A stretch of DNA of 64,000 bases, taken from assembly GCA_963662615.2 (NCBI GenBank), contig CAXXSR010000002.1, positions 512,001-576,000 on the forward strand. The letters are read 5' to 3'. A program made the translations under genes and the position numbers. Origin of the DNA: Dehalococcoidia bacterium. GTDB lineage: Bacteria; Chloroflexota; Dehalococcoidia; Bin125. The notes below the pieces were generated by a model. That model did no database searches. It worked only from the letters and a program-made list of their open reading frames with translations, and was not told where the DNA came from. Shown in pieces: positions 28,312 through 47,581 of this stretch; within the stretch, counting starts at the first letter, position 1, and every line of letters begins with the position of its first letter.

Positions 28312-31062
28312 CTAGGGCAGGTCCGCCATACGCTCGCGCAGCCCCGCCAGCCGGCCGGCGATTTCGTCCCGGCGGCGCTCTTCCCGGGCCACCACGTCGG
28401 CGGGCGCCTTGCGCCGGAACTGGTCATTGCCCAGTTTCGCCTCCACCCGTTGCAGGTAGCCCTGGGCGTCATTGACCTCCTTCTGCAAGCGGGCCCGCTC
28501 CTGTTCGGCATCCACGAGGCCACCGAGGGGCAGCACGACCTCCGCGCCCGCCAACACCTGCGCCACCACACCCTCCGACGGCGCCTCCTCCCGCGCGCTG
28601 ACGATGTGTAAGGGGCGCGCTCGCGCCAAAACCTCAATCACGGTGGAGCGCTCTGCCAAGGAGCCGTCGCCGCCCCTGTCGATCACATAGGCCGGGACCC
28701 AGCGGCCCGGCTCCACCTTCTTTTCGGCGCGGACCTGCCGGATCGCCCGGACCGTGTTTTGGAGGACGGCGAAGGCACGCTCCGCCTCATCGTCCAATGC
28801 CGGCTGGACGTTGCGCTTGCTGGGATAGCTGGCGGCGATCAGCGCCCGCGCCCGCGGGTTCTGCAGGTGCCGTCGCAATCGCTGCCAGATCTCCTCCGTC
28901 ACAAAGGGCATGAACGGGTGCAGCAGCCGCAGCGAGCGGTCCAGAACGTACACCAGCACGGGCAGCGGGCTGCGGTCGCCGCGTCGCAGGCGGGGCTTGC
29001 TTGCCTCTACGTACCAGTCAAAGAACTCGCTCCAGAGGAAGTCGTGGATCTGCCGGCCCGCCTCGCCCAGCTGAAAGTCGTCCAGCAGTTGCTGCACCGT
29101 GCGCGTCAGCCGGGCCAGTCGAGAGAGGATCCAGCGGTCCTCAAGCGGCCGCGCACGGACGTCTACGGGCGCCGCCGCCCGTTCCCCGGCTTCCAACTCC
29201 CCCAGCACGAAGCGGGCGCCGTTCCACAGTTTGTTGGCGAAGTTGCGGCTGCCTTCCAGGCGCTCGTCCGTGAGCCGCATGTCGTTGCCGGGAGCCGGCC
29301 CGGTCACCAGCGTGAAGCGGAGTGCGTCCGTGCCGTAGCGGTCGATCACCTTCAGGGGGTCGATGACGTTTCCCAGCGACTTCGACATCTTGTGGCCGTC
29401 CTGGGCCCGGACGAGGCCGTGGAGGTAGACGGTCTCGAACGGCGGGACGCCTCGCATGTTGTACATGGACAACATGATCATCCGCGCGACCCAGAAAAAG
29501 ATGATGTCGTAGGCCGTCTCCATGACCTGCGTGGGGTAGTAGCGCCGCAGGTCGTCGCTGTCATCGGGCCAGCCCAGCGTGGAGTGCGGCCAGAGGCCGG
29601 AGGAGAACCAGGTGTCGAGCGTGTCTTCGTCCTGCCGGATGTGCGCGTCTCCGCAGTGATCGCAGGCGGTCGGATCCTGCACGGCGACCGTCAGCCCGGC
29701 GCAGGCGTCGCAGTACCAGACGGGGATGCGGTGCCCCCACCAGATCTGACGGCTGATGCACCAATCTCGAATGTTGTCCATCCACTGCAGGTAGGTGCGC
29801 GCGAAGCGGTCCGGCACGAAGCGGATGCGGCCGTCCCGCACGGCGGCAATGGCGGGCTGCGCCAGCGGCTTGGCGCTGACGAACCACTGCAGCGAGATCA
29901 TGGGCTCCACGATGGCGCCCGACCGTTGCGAATGCCCCACCGCGTGCGTGTACGGCTCCACCTTCTCGATCAGCCCCTTGGCCTCCAGATCGGCCACGAC
30001 GCGGTCGCGCGCCTCGAATCGATCGAGCCCGGCGTACGCCCCGGCCCGCTCATTCAGCGTGGCGTCCGGGTTCATGATGTTGAGGATCTCCAGGCCGTGG
30101 CGCTCCCCGATCTCGAAGTCCAGGGGGTCATGTGCCGGCGTCACCTTCAGCGCCCCCGAGCCGGCCTTCATGCTCACCGCTGCGTCGGCGATCACCGCCA
30201 CTGGCCGGTCCGACGTGGGCACCAGCACGCGCCGCCCAATCAAGGAGCGGTAACGCTCGTCCGCGGGGTTGACCGCCACGGCCGTGTCCGCGGGGATCGT
30301 CTCCGGCCGCGTGGTGGCGATGGTCACGAACTCCTGCGTCTGCCCTCCCTCAGCGTCCAGCAGCGGATAGCGGACGTACCAGAAGTGGCCCGCCACCTCG
30401 CGATAGTCCACCTCCAGGTCGGAGAGCGCCGTCTGTCCCTCCGGGTCCCAGTTGATCAGCCGCTCGCCGCGATAGATGAGGCCGTCGTCGTACAGCCGTT
30501 TGAAGGTCTGGCGGACGGCGCGCTGCGGGCCCGGGTCCATGGTGAAGGCCTCGCGCGTCCAGTCGGCCGACGCGCCCAGCCGGCGGTGCTGCTCCGCGAT
30601 GCGCGACCGCGATCGGTTGACGAAGTCCCACACCCGCGCCAGAAATGCTTCTCGCCCCACGTCGTGCCGCGTCCGGCCTTCGTCCGCCAGCTGCCGTTCC
30701 ACGATCGCGTTCACCGCGATCGCCGCGTGGTCTACCCCCGGCAGCCATAAGGTGTCGTCTCCCAGCATCCGGTGCCAGCGGGTCAAGGCGTCCTCCAGGG
30801 CGACCACCAGGGCGTGGCCCAGGTGCAGCTCCCCGGTCAGGTTGGGCGGCGGCATGATGATGGTGAAGGGCCGCCGGCTCTTCTCCTTGGCGCCGTCCGC
30901 GCGCGGCCGGAAGTAGCCTCCCCGCTCCCAGAGCGCGTAGACGCGTTCTTCCACCTGCGCGGGGTCGTACGTCTTGGGGAGGGCGGACGGCGGCTGCCGC
31001 CGGCTCCTTCCGCCCTCCGGATCTGTGCGCGCTGTCATGACTTCGGGCATACCCACACGCAC
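28312..31062 (-). CDS. valS: Valine--tRNA ligase (exact start uncertain)
   Basis: PPPNLTGELHLGH, DWCISRQIWWGH, KMSKS, C-terminal coiled coil. Confidence 0.97.
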   Translation of the reverse strand: MRVGMPEVMTARTDPEGGRSRRQPPSALPKTYDPAQVEERVYALWERGGYFRPRADGAKEKSRRPFTIIMPPPNLTGELHLGHALVVALEDALTRWHRMLGDDTLWLPGVDHAAIAVNAIVERQLADEGRTRHDVGREAFLARVWDFVNRSRSRIAEQHRRLGASADWTREAFTMDPGPQRAVRQTFKRLYDDGLIYRGERLINWDPEGQTALSDLEVDYREVAGHFWYVRYPLLDAEGGQTQEFVTIATTRPETIPADTAVAVNPADERYRSLIGRRVLVPTSDRPVAVIADAAVSMKAGSGALKVTPAHDPLDFEIGERHGLEILNIMNPDATLNERAGAYAGLDRFEARDRVVADLEAKGLIEKVEPYTHAVGHSQRSGAIVEPMISLQWFVSAKPLAQPAIAAVRDGRIRFVPDRFARTYLQWMDNIRDWCISRQIWWGHRIPVWYCDACAGLTVAVQDPTACDHCGDAHIRQDEDTLDTWFSSGLWPHSTLGWPDDSDDLRRYYPTQVMETAYDIIFFWVARMIMLSMYNMRGVPPFETVYLHGLVRAQDGHKMSKSLGNVIDPLKVIDRYGTDALRFTLVTGPAPGNDMRLTDERLEGSRNFANKLWNGARFVLGELEAGERAAAPVDVRARPLEDRWILSRLARLTRTVQQLLDDFQLGEAGRQIHDFLWSEFFDWYVEASKPRLRRGDRSPLPVLVYVLDRSLRLLHPFMPFVTEEIWQRLRRHLQNPRARALIAASYPSKRNVQPALDDEAERAFAVLQNTVRAIRQVRAEKKVEPGRWVPAYVIDRGGDGSLAERSTVIEVLARARPLHIVSAREEAPSEGVVAQVLAGAEVVLPLGGLVDAEQERARLQKEVNDAQGYLQRVEAKLGNDQFRRKAPADVVAREERRRDEIAGRLAGLRERMADLP

Positions 31063-31131
31063 GCCGGCGAACGCTGGCCTGCGGCCTGGAGCGGAGCGGC
31101 TCTCTCTGCCCCTATGCCGCAGGCGCGCAAG

Positions 31132-31926
31132 TCAGCTCACGGCGCCCGCGACGATGTCAATGACAGCGTCCGCTTCCTCCAGTGGCGGCGTCGCCGCGGG
31201 GGGGCGCCGTCGCCCTGCCAGCGCTTCCAGCCGATGGAGTGTCAGGAGACCTCGGCGCGTGTCACTGGCGACGCGGGCGGGGTCCTGCACGTTGACCCGG
31301 TGTTTGAACAGCCAGTAGGTGAACTCCCGCAGTTCCGTCAGGCTGATGCGGTCCGTGCGGGGACGCTCTTGGGAGGCGCGGAACTGATCCAGCAGTTCCC
31401 AGCGGCTGGCGCCATAGATGCGGGTGAAGACGTCGCCGTCGCTACGCGTGTCGTGCGACAGCATCGTGCTGCCGCGATCCTTGTGCACCCGCTCTTCCAC
31501 GCTGAGCTGCAGCGCTTCCTCCACCCGCACACCGTAGACGAAGTTAAGGTGGGCGCGGTATTTGCTGGGCCCCAGCCGTTGCTTCAACGCCTCCTCCGTC
31601 ATGGGCCGCGGGAGCCGCTCATGCATCAGGAGCGCCTCCACTTCGTCCGCCGGGAGCAGGCCGCCCGGCTCCACGGCGTCGCAGATGCGTTCCGCCAGCA
31701 GCAGCCAGTCGAACGCCTCGCCACCGATGAGGTAGCGGAACTCCCGGCCGTCCACCACCTCCACGGGCAGCTCCCAGACGGCGACGACGTCCAGCAGCGC
31801 CTCGAACCAGGCCCGGCCCGCGAGCAGGTCATCACGAAAGGCCGCGATCAGCGTTGCCGCATCGCGACCGGCGCGGGCCGCCGGCGCGGCCGCTTCACTG
31901 ACGAGGACGCCGTCAGACTGAGGCAC
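31132..31926 (-). CDS. Hypothetical protein between secA and valS
   Basis: Globular sequence ([36 protein letters not shown]) overlapping the secA stop; start inferred. Confidence 0.75.
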   Translation of the reverse strand: MPQSDGVLVSEAAAPAARAGRDAATLIAAFRDDLLAGRAWFEALLDVVAVWELPVEVVDGREFRYLIGGEAFDWLLLAERICDAVEPGGLLPADEVEALLMHERLPRPMTEEALKQRLGPSKYRAHLNFVYGVRVEEALQLSVEERVHKDRGSTMLSHDTRSDGDVFTRIYGASRWELLDQFRASQERPRTDRISLTELREFTYWLFKHRVNVQDPARVASDTRRGLLTLHRLEALAGRRRPPAATPPLEEADAVIDIVAGAVS

Positions 31927-34600
31927 CGTGACACTTCTTGTACTTCTTGCCGGAGCCGCAGGGACAGCGCTCGTTGCGGCCGACCTTGGGCAGGGTGGCG
32001 GTGGCGACGCTTGCCCCGGCGGCGCTGCTCTCTTGCACCCGGCGCACCCCCAGCGCCTCGGCGGACGTCTTGGCGCCGGCCGCGACGGGTGGCCGAGTGG
32101 GGCGCGCCGACCGCCCTCGGCCCTCGCCGGCGGGCCCGGCGCCCGCCGGCCGGCGCTGCAGATGCAGCAGCGCTTGCACAATGTCGCGCCGGATCGTGAG
32201 GGTGAGCTGGTCGAACATGTCGAACGCTTCGCGCTTGTACGTGACCAGCGGGTCCGTGTGGCCGTAGGCCTGCAGCCCCACGCCCTGGCGGAACGAATCC
32301 ATCTCCGTGAGGTGCTGCACCCAGAGCCGGTCCGTGACCCGCAGGAAGAGCTGCCGCTCCACTTCGTGCAGCGTCTCCGCCCCCAGATCGGCCTCCTTCT
32401 CCTCATAGACGGCAAGCGCGTGGTCGATCAAGGCGTCGGCGAGGCCGTCGATCGATCCCTCCGCGGCCGTCTTGTCGAAGCGCTCCAACGGCACAATGCC
32501 GCCCATCTCCGCCCACAGCCCCTCCAGGTCCGTCCCCATCTCGGAGCGGCCGCCAACGTACGCGCTCACGACGTCGCGGATCTCCCTCTCCATCATCGTC
32601 TGCACAATGGCGTGGACGTCGTCGCCGGCAAGGATCTTGTCGCGCTCGCTGTACATGACCTCGCGCTGGCGGTTGATCACGTCGTCGTAGTCCACCAGAA
32701 GTTTGCGCGTGTCGAAGTGGTGCCCCTCCACCTTCTGCTGGGCCTGCTCCAGGGCCTTGCCCACCACGCCCGATTCCAGCGGCCGCTGGTCGTCCAGGCC
32801 CAGCCGCTCCAGCATGCCCGGCAGCCAGTCCGGGGTGAAGCGGCGCATGATGGTGTCCTCAAAGGAGACGTAGAAGCGGCTGGATCCGGGGTCGCCCTGG
32901 CGACCGGAGCGGCCCCGCAACTGGTTGTCGATGCGGCGCGACTCGTGCCGCTCCGTGCCGATGACGAGGAGCCCGCCCTGCTCCGCGATCCCCTCGCCCA
33001 GCTGGATGTCGGTCCCGCGCCCGGCCATGTTCGTGGCAATGGTCACGGCGCCCCGCTCTCCGGCCTTGGTGATGATCTGCGCCTCTCGCTCGTGCTGCTT
33101 GGCGTTGAGCACCTCGTGCGCGATCCCGCGCCGGCGCAAGTTGGCGGAGAGCCGCTCCGACGCCTCCACCGAGGCTGTGCCCGCCAGCACCGGTTGCCCG
33201 CGCTCGTGCGCCGCTGCGATCTCGTCCGCCACGGCGCCAAACTTGGCCGCCTCCGTGCGGAAGATCACGTCCGCGTGGTCCTTGCGGATCATGGGCCGGT
33301 CGGTGGGGATCGCCACGACTTCCAGCGAATAGATCTTGTGCAGCTCTTCGGCCTCGGTGGCGGCCGTGCCGGTCATGCCCGCCAGCTTGCGGTACATGCG
33401 GAAATAGTTCTGGTAGGTGATGGTCGCGAGGGTGACCGTCTCGCGCTCGATCTTGACCCCCTCTTTGGCCTCGATCGCTTGGTGCAGCCCCTCGGAGTAG
33501 CGCCGGCCCTCCATCAGGCGGCCGGTGAACTCGTCCACAATGATCACTTGGCCGTTGCGGACCACGTAGTCATGGTCGCGGTGGTACATGAACTGCGCCT
33601 TGAGGGCCGATTCCAGGAAGCGCGTCAGCCGCGCATTCTCGCCCTCAAAGATGTTGTCCACGCCTAACGCGCGCTCCACCTTCTCGATCCCGGGCTCGGT
33701 CAGCGAGACGGAGCGCGATTTGTCCTCCCCGGTGAAGTCCCTGCCTTCCTGCAAGGCGGTGACGAGTTGCGCGAAGGTGCGGTAGGTGTCCGGCGGCTCC
33801 TCCGCCTGCCCGCTGATGATCAGCGGCGTGCGCGCCTCGTCAATGAGGATGTTGTCCACCTCATCAACAATGGCGTAGGCCACGGGGCGTTGCACCTTGC
33901 TCTCCTGCGCCGTGACCATGTTGTCGCGCAGGTAGTCGAAGCCGAATTCGTTGTTGGTCCCGTAGGTGATGTCGGCGCGGTAGGCCTCTTGGCGCGTGCA
34001 GGGACGGAGGTGGCGCAGATCGCCCAGGGCGGCGCGTCGCTGCCGCTCTTCATCGTCAATCTCCTCACCGTCCTCCGCCTCGGTGGGGTCGTAATCCGGG
34101 TCGTAGAGGAAGGAGGCTTGATGCTGGAGCACGCCCACGTCGAGCCCCAGCCCGTGGTAGATGGGGCCCATCCAGCGGGCATCTCGCTTGGCCAGGTAGT
34201 CATTCACCGTCACCAGGTGGGCGCCGTCGCCCTCCAAGGCGTTGAGGTAGAGCGGCAGCGTGGCCACCAGGGTCTTGCCCTCGCCGGTGCGCATCTCAGT
34301 GATCTTCCCCTGGTGCAGCACCGCCCCGCCAACGAGCTGGACGTCGTAGTGGCGCATGCTGAGCCAACGCCGGCCCGCCTCCCGCACCAGCGCGTACGCC
34401 TCCGGGAGGATGTCATCCAGATCGGCGCCGTCTTCCAGGCGCCCGCACAATTCGTCCGTCTTCGCCCGCAGCTGGGCGTCGCTGAGGGCCGTGAAGGAGG
34501 GCTCCCAGGCGCCCGTCTCCGCGACGACAGGCTCCAAGCGCTTCAGCACGCGCGCGTTCGAGTCGCCGAAGATTCTTTTCGCCTTGGACAGCAGTGCCAT
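31913..34600 (-). CDS. secA: Preprotein translocase subunit SecA
   Basis: [24 protein letters not shown]-terminal SEC-C motif [13 protein letters not shown]. Confidence 0.98.
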   Translation of the reverse strand: MALLSKAKRIFGDSNARVLKRLEPVVAETGAWEPSFTALSDAQLRAKTDELCGRLEDGADLDDILPEAYALVREAGRRWLSMRHYDVQLVGGAVLHQGKITEMRTGEGKTLVATLPLYLNALEGDGAHLVTVNDYLAKRDARWMGPIYHGLGLDVGVLQHQASFLYDPDYDPTEAEDGEEIDDEERQRRAALGDLRHLRPCTRQEAYRADITYGTNNEFGFDYLRDNMVTAQESKVQRPVAYAIVDEVDNILIDEARTPLIISGQAEEPPDTYRTFAQLVTALQEGRDFTGEDKSRSVSLTEPGIEKVERALGVDNIFEGENARLTRFLESALKAQFMYHRDHDYVVRNGQVIIVDEFTGRLMEGRRYSEGLHQAIEAKEGVKIERETVTLATITYQNYFRMYRKLAGMTGTAATEAEELHKIYSLEVVAIPTDRPMIRKDHADVIFRTEAAKFGAVADEIAAAHERGQPVLAGTASVEASERLSANLRRRGIAHEVLNAKQHEREAQIITKAGERGAVTIATNMAGRGTDIQLGEGIAEQGGLLVIGTERHESRRIDNQLRGRSGRQGDPGSSRFYVSFEDTIMRRFTPDWLPGMLERLGLDDQRPLESGVVGKALEQAQQKVEGHHFDTRKLLVDYDDVINRQREVMYSERDKILAGDDVHAIVQTMMEREIRDVVSAYVGGRSEMGTDLEGLWAEMGGIVPLERFDKTAAEGSIDGLADALIDHALAVYEEKEADLGAETLHEVERQLFLRVTDRLWVQHLTEMDSFRQGVGLQAYGHTDPLVTYKREAFDMFDQLTLTIRRDIVQALLHLQRRPAGAGPAGEGRGRSARPTRPPVAAGAKTSAEALGVRRVQESSAAGASVATATLPKVGRNERCPCGSGKKYKKCHGASV

Positions 34601-34737
34601 GCCACGTTCGCGCGGGGCCCAAATCGCCCCGATGTCTTTCCTGCTTCCTTTACAGAATAGCGGCGCAGCGCCGGTGGCGGGTAGGGTTGGACGGCGGCGC
34701 CCGCCTGCCGGCGTCTCCGTCGCCGCCCCATCTGCCC

Positions 34738-35679
34738 CTATTGAAAGAGCGCCCCGACCGATTGGCCGCTGTGGATGCGCTGGATCGCCTCACCCAGCAG
34801 TGGGGCGACGCTGACCACGCCGATCTTGCCGCTGTTGACGTAGCGCCGGGCCGGCAGCGTGTCGGTGACAATGACCTGCTTCAGCGGGCTCTCTTCAATG
34901 CGCTCAACGGCGCGGCCGGAGAGAACTCCGTGGGTCGCCGCGGCGTAGATATCATGGGCGCCCTGCTCCTTCAGCAGCGTTGCCACCTCCACCAGCGTGC
35001 CGGCCGTGTCCACTTCGTCGTCAATGATGAGCGCGTCGTGGCCTGCCACTTCACCGATCAGATGAAGGGTCTGGACCTGGTCATCGTTCGACACCCGCCG
35101 CTTTTCGGAAAGGGCCAGCGGCACATTGAGCCGCTCCGCCAGATTGCGCGCTCGCTTGGCGCTGCCCAAGTCGGGCGCCACCACAACGCCGCGGAACTCC
35201 TGATCGCGGAAGTGCTCCGCCAGCAGATTGAGGGCGGTCAGTTCATCGGTGGGCACATTGAAGAAGCCCTGGATCTGGCCCGCGTGCAAGTCGATCGTCA
35301 GGACCCGGTCGGCGCCGGCGGTCTCAATGAGATTGGCCATCAGCCGCGCCGTAATGGGGACGCGGGGCTGGTCTTTCTTGTCGGAGCGGCCGTAGGGGAA
35401 ATAGGGCACCACGGCGGTGATGCGGCCCGCACTGGCGCGTCGGGCCGCGTCGATCATGATGAGCAGCTCCATGACGTTGTCGTTCACCGGCATCGCCCCC
35501 GGCTGCACCAGGAAGACGTCGCGCTCGCGCACGTTCTCGCAGATGCGGACGAAGATGTTCTGGTTGGAGAACGCGAAGACCTCGGCCTCGCCGAGCGATT
35601 GGCCCAGAGCGTCGCAGATATCCGCCGCCAGCTCTTGGTTGGCGTTGCCGGAGAGGATGACGGGTCTGTGGATAGTCAG
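34738..35679 (-). CDS. prs: Ribose-phosphate pyrophosphokinase (start probably CTG)
   Basis: [39 protein letters not shown]; AGGAGG 6 nt before CTG. Confidence 0.93.
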   Translation of the reverse strand: MTIHRPVILSGNANQELAADICDALGQSLGEAEVFAFSNQNIFVRICENVRERDVFLVQPGAMPVNDNVMELLIMIDAARRASAGRITAVVPYFPYGRSDKKDQPRVPITARLMANLIETAGADRVLTIDLHAGQIQGFFNVPTDELTALNLLAEHFRDQEFRGVVVAPDLGSAKRARNLAERLNVPLALSEKRRVSNDDQVQTLHLIGEVAGHDALIIDDEVDTAGTLVEVATLLKEQGAHDIYAAATHGVLSGRAVERIEESPLKQVIVTDTLPARRYVNSGKIGVVSVAPLLGEAIQRIHSGQSVGALFQ

Positions 35680-35903
35680 GGAGAGCCTCCTCAGCAGTTC
35701 CGAGGCGGGGCCCCAGAGGGTCCAGGCCGAGTATCGGGTCCACCTCACCCGCCCGGCAAGTCCGGGGGGGCCACGCCGGCAGGGAGGACCGCTGGCGCCG
35801 GGCGGCCTGCGCTCGCCGCCGGCCCCACCCCTGCCTGCGCCGCGGGCGAGAGTAACCGGCATGACAGAAGGGAGCCGCAGCCCTGGGGCAGCGATTGACG
35901 GGC

Positions 35904-36386
35904 GGTAGTGTCCTAATTTGCCTCGGGCCAGATAGCGTCGTGGAATCCGGTTACGTCAACGGTGAAAATTATTCCGCCGCCGACTCCTCCGTGAGTTCGA
36001 GAATCCTCTCGATTCGCTCCATCAGCTGGAGGTCCGGCTCGTCTGCTTTGCCCTGTGACTTCAGCATCTCGATGAGCGCGGCCACGTAGTCTGCCTGGAG
36101 ATTCTCACGCGATTTCGTACCACGCCCCAACATCTGCGCCCCCGATCATGCGACCCGATGATCGGACGTGGAGTCCGTTGCACCGGTGCCCTTGGCTCTC
36201 CGCTGCGAGGCATCGCCGCGCGCGCGGAGTCTAGTTCACTGCCCACCCCCGCGAGCCTCTTGGATGATTGCCGCCTGGGCCGCCTTCCGCGGCGAGTCCA
36301 CCGGCCATGTGCCATCGCGTTGACAGAGTGCCTTTCGCGGGCGCCCCGTTCTGTCGTCGGGAGAACCCTCAAACTAGGACACTACC
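35904..36386. mobile_element. 483-bp non-autonomous IS-derived element (MITE/transporter-IS-like, IS1-family-type ends)
   Basis: Left end GGTAGTGTCCTAATTTG (35904-35920), right end CAAACTAGGACACTACC (36370-36386), 16/17 identical inverted; 9-bp direct repeat TTGACGGGC at 35895-35903 and 36387-36395. Confidence 0.88.
35969..36133 (-). CDS. 54-aa passenger protein within the element (not in the ORF track)
   Basis: MLGRGTKSRENLQADYVAALIEMLKSQGKADEPDLQLMERIERILELTEESAAE; two amphipathic helices; GGGGG upstream of ATG. Confidence 0.6.
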   Translation of the reverse strand: MLGRGTKSRENLQADYVAALIEMLKSQGKADEPDLQLMERIERILELTEESAAE

Positions 36387-36415
36387 TTGACGGGCCACCC
36401 CCCATTGCCTATGAT
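36387..36415 (+). promoter_or_regulatory. Putative rpoBC promoter
   Basis: TTGACG-17 nt-TATGAT about 330 nt upstream of rpoB. Confidence 0.7.
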
Positions 36416-36747
36416 GACGCTGGCTGCGCATGCCCAAACGTCTCATTCCTTGGCAACTTCGATAGTGGTTCTCGACCGGCACGGCGGAGAGCGTTGCTCT
36501 GCGTTCAGGGATGCGGTGACCTCTCGATTACCTTCGGGCGAACGCCGGCTCGGCGCGGGCCGGCCGCGAGGCTCCGCCGACCGAGCGGATCGGAGACCGC
36601 TGTGCGTGCGCGCCATTGTGGCGGCGAGCCGTCGCCGAATCCGCGCCGGCGGAAGTCCGCCGCGTGGGCGCTGGACCGAGCCCGTCCTTCCCTGGAGGGA
36701 CCACCGCGATCCTGGGCGATCCGAGCCGTGAGGAGTGCACACTGCCT

Positions 36748-45010
<8,263 letters not shown>

Positions 45011-45051
45011 GAGTAGCTGCGGGGAGCGGGGGCGCTGGCGCCGCCCTCAGC

Positions 45052-45085
45052 GGCAGTGCGCCACTAGTGGCAGTGCGCCACTAGC
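45052..45085. repeat. 17-bp tandem duplication containing CTAG
   Basis: GGCAGTGCGCCACTAGT / GGCAGTGCGCCACTAGC. Confidence 0.9.
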
Positions 45086-45159
45086 GGCCGCACCCCTTCC
45101 GCGCCCGCCCCGGAACTCAGTGCGGGTGGCCGCCGCCGCGAGCGCGCACCGGCCGCACG

Positions 45160-45186
45160 AAACCGGGGGCCTCCACGGCCCCCGGT
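45160..45186 (-). terminator. Hairpin between convergent rpoC and groEL
   Basis: ACCGGGGGCC-TCCAC-GGCCCCCGGT, short T run on the minus strand. Confidence 0.55.
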
Positions 45187-45214
45187 GCATGGGAGTAACA
45201 GGCGCCGTCCCGGC

Positions 45215-46840
45215 CTAGTAGTCCATGGGCGGTTCCGGCATGGCGGCGGCCGACGGCGGCTCCGGGATCTCGGTCACCAGTGAGTCGGTGGTCAAGACCA
45301 TGCCGCCAATGGAGACCGCGTTCTCCAAGGCCGAACGCACCACCTTGACCGGGTCCACAATGCCCTTGCGGAAGAGGTCGCCGTACGTGTCTTCGAGCGC
45401 GTCGTAGCCGAAGCTTGCACTCTTGTTGCGACGGACCGCTTCGATCACGACCGACCCTTCCTGTCCCGCGTTGGCTGCGATCTGCCGCAGCGGCGCCTCC
45501 AACGCCTCCCGCAGGAGGTGGATCGCCGTGCGCTCGTCGCCCTCGCTTTCCGCTTCCAGCGCGCTCAGCGTCTCGCCGCTGCGAAGGAGGGCCACACCGC
45601 CACCGGCGACGATCCCCTCTTCCACGGCCGCACGGGTCGCACTGAGGGCGTCCTCCAGCTTCGCCTTCCGCGCTTTCAGCTCCACCTCCGTGGGCGCGCC
45701 CATCTGGATCACGGCAACGCCACCGGACAGCTTGGCCTGCCGCTCTTGCAGCTTCTCGCGGTCGAAGTCGGAGGTGGTGGCGTCGATCTGCGCCTTGATC
45801 TCTTTGATGCGGTTCTGAATCGCCTCGCTGGCGCCGCTGCCTTCAACGATCGTCGTGTCGTCCTTAGTGGCGACAATGCGGCGGGCGCGGCCCAGGTCGG
45901 CCACTTGCGCGTCCTCCAGGGTGCGCCCCATCTCCTCGGTGATCAAGGTGCCGCCCGTGAGCACGGCAATGTCCTCCAGCATGGCCTTGCGCCGGTCACC
46001 GAAGCCCGGGGCTTTCAGCGCCAGCGCGTTGATGGTGCCGCGCAGCTTGTTCACCACCAGCGTCGCCAAGGCTTCCCCGTCGACGTCGTCGGCAATGATG
46101 ACCAAGTTCTTGCTCACCGCCATCAGCTTTTCCATCAGCGGCACAATGTCCTGGACGGAGGAGATCTTGCTGTCGGTGATGAGGATGTAGGCGTCCTCAA
46201 TCACGGCTTCCATGCGCTCCGGATTGCTGACGAAGTAGGGCGAGACGTAGCCACGGTCCAGCTGCATGCCGTCCGTGTACTCCGTCTCCATGCGCAGGCC
46301 TTTGCCCTCCTCCACCGTGATGACGCCGTCCTTGCCCACCTTCTCCATGACGTCGGCGATGAGGTTGCCCACCTCGGCGTCCTCGGAGCTGATGGAGGCG
46401 ACCGCGGCGATCTCGCCCTTGGACGCCACGGGGCGCGCCGAGCTGCGCAGCTCCTTGATGAGGACGTCGGCGCCGCGGTCGAGGCCGCGCTTGAGGCTCA
46501 TGGGGTCCGCGCCCGCGGCGATGTTCCGCATCCCCTCGCGCACGATCGCCTGGGCCAGCACCGCCGCCGTGGTCGTGCCGTCGCCGGCGACGTCGTTGGT
46601 GCGCGTGCAGACCTCCTTGGCCAGCTGCGCTCCCAGGTTCTGGAACGGCTCTTCCAGTTCAATGTCCCGCGCAATCGTGACGCCGTCATTGATGATCAGC
46701 GGCGCCCCGAACTTCTTCTCCAGAACCACGTTGCGACCCCGGGGGCCCAGCGTCACCTTGACCGGGTTGGCCAAGCCGTCCACGCCCTCTTTCAGGGCTC
46801 GCCGCGCCTTCAGATCGAAGAGCAGCCTTTTTGCCGTCAC
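45215..46840 (-). CDS. groEL: Chaperonin GroEL
   Basis: [28 protein letters not shown]; C-terminus PEPPMDY. Confidence 0.98.
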   Translation of the reverse strand: MTAKRLLFDLKARRALKEGVDGLANPVKVTLGPRGRNVVLEKKFGAPLIINDGVTIARDIELEEPFQNLGAQLAKEVCTRTNDVAGDGTTTAAVLAQAIVREGMRNIAAGADPMSLKRGLDRGADVLIKELRSSARPVASKGEIAAVASISSEDAEVGNLIADVMEKVGKDGVITVEEGKGLRMETEYTDGMQLDRGYVSPYFVSNPERMEAVIEDAYILITDSKISSVQDIVPLMEKLMAVSKNLVIIADDVDGEALATLVVNKLRGTINALALKAPGFGDRRKAMLEDIAVLTGGTLITEEMGRTLEDAQVADLGRARRIVATKDDTTIVEGSGASEAIQNRIKEIKAQIDATTSDFDREKLQERQAKLSGGVAVIQMGAPTEVELKARKAKLEDALSATRAAVEEGIVAGGGVALLRSGETLSALEAESEGDERTAIHLLREALEAPLRQIAANAGQEGSVVIEAVRRNKSASFGYDALEDTYGDLFRKGIVDPVKVVRSALENAVSIGGMVLTTDSLVTEIPEPPSAAAMPEPPMDY

Positions 46841-46954
46841 CCTCAGCCTCCCTTTCTAATCACCGCCCTAGACCCCGCCCCCGCAGCGACCCGCCCCTGC
46901 GGCCGGCCGATGCCGGTCTGACGGGGACGCTCCGCGGCGGTGACGATGCGGATG

Positions 46955-47269
46955 TTAGCCGACGACCTTCGCCAGCACCTCGCGCTCCTCGAGCACGATC
47001 AGGTCGTCGCGGTCGATCTTGATCTCTTGGCCCGTGTACTTCTTGTAGAGGATGCGATCGCCCACCATCACGTCGAGGGGAACGCGCGCACCCTTGTCAT
47101 CCCGTTTGCCGGGACCCACGGCAATGATCTCCCCCTGCTGCGGCTTCTCTTTGGCCGTGTCCGGAATGAGGATGCCGCTGGCCAGCACCTGCTCCGCTTC
47201 CACGGGACGGATAACCACCCGGTCCGCCAGCGGTTCAAGCCTGACTCCAGATCCGTTCTTCTTCGCCAT
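46955..47269 (-). CDS. groES: Co-chaperonin GroES
   Basis: PLADRVVI, SGILIPDTAKEKPQQG. Confidence 0.97.
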   Translation of the reverse strand: MAKKNGSGVRLEPLADRVVIRPVEAEQVLASGILIPDTAKEKPQQGEIIAVGPGKRDDKGARVPLDVMVGDRILYKKYTGQEIKIDRDDLIVLEEREVLAKVVG

Positions 47270-47336
47270 TTTCCCTGTCCTTGGTGCTTGAGCTTGTGCT
47301 GCCTGAAACTGCCTTGTTCTGCCGTCGTGATGGCAA

Positions 47337-47363
47337 TTAGCACTCTATCGTCGGGAGTGCTAA
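47337..47363. promoter_or_regulatory. CIRCE element (HrcA operator)
   Basis: Perfect TTAGCACTC-N9-GAGTGCTAA; arms extend by GGCAA/TTGCC. Confidence 0.97.
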
Positions 47364-47379
47364 TTGCCGATCCGAGCGC

Positions 47380-47408
47380 ATAGTATCCAGGGCGGCCCAA
47401 TCTTGCAA
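47380..47408 (-). promoter_or_regulatory. groESL sigma70-type promoter
   Basis: Minus strand TTGCAA-17 nt-TACTAT just upstream of CIRCE. Confidence 0.75.
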
Positions 47409-47470
47409 TAGCGCCGGCCGCACCCGTGTGGACGTGAGGGCGGCCGGCCTCGCCCTGGTCGTTCGCCCGT

Positions 47471-47532
47471 TCGCCAAAGCCCATGCCAAAGCCCATCGCC
47501 AAAGCCCATCGCCAAAGCCCATCGCCAAAGCC
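47471..47532. repeat. 13-bp tandem repeat, nearly 5 copies
   Basis: TCGCCAAAGCCCA units (one unit 12 bp). Confidence 0.9.
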
Positions 47533-47581
47533 GCAGGCCTGACCCTTGCCGGCGCTACACTTTTCCGTGTATGTTGGCGCC

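Noticed and set aside
31062-31132. T-box riboswitch upstream of valS
   Set aside because: The intergenic space is too short and no T-box consensus is visible.
45215-45260. GroEL lacking the GGM tail as a novelty
   Set aside because: Pro-rich tails ending in MDY/MY are, to my knowledge, usual for Chloroflexota GroEL.
47471-47532. Repeat cluster as a CRISPR array
   Set aside because: Units are 13 bp, head-to-tail, with no spacers; no cas genes in the window.
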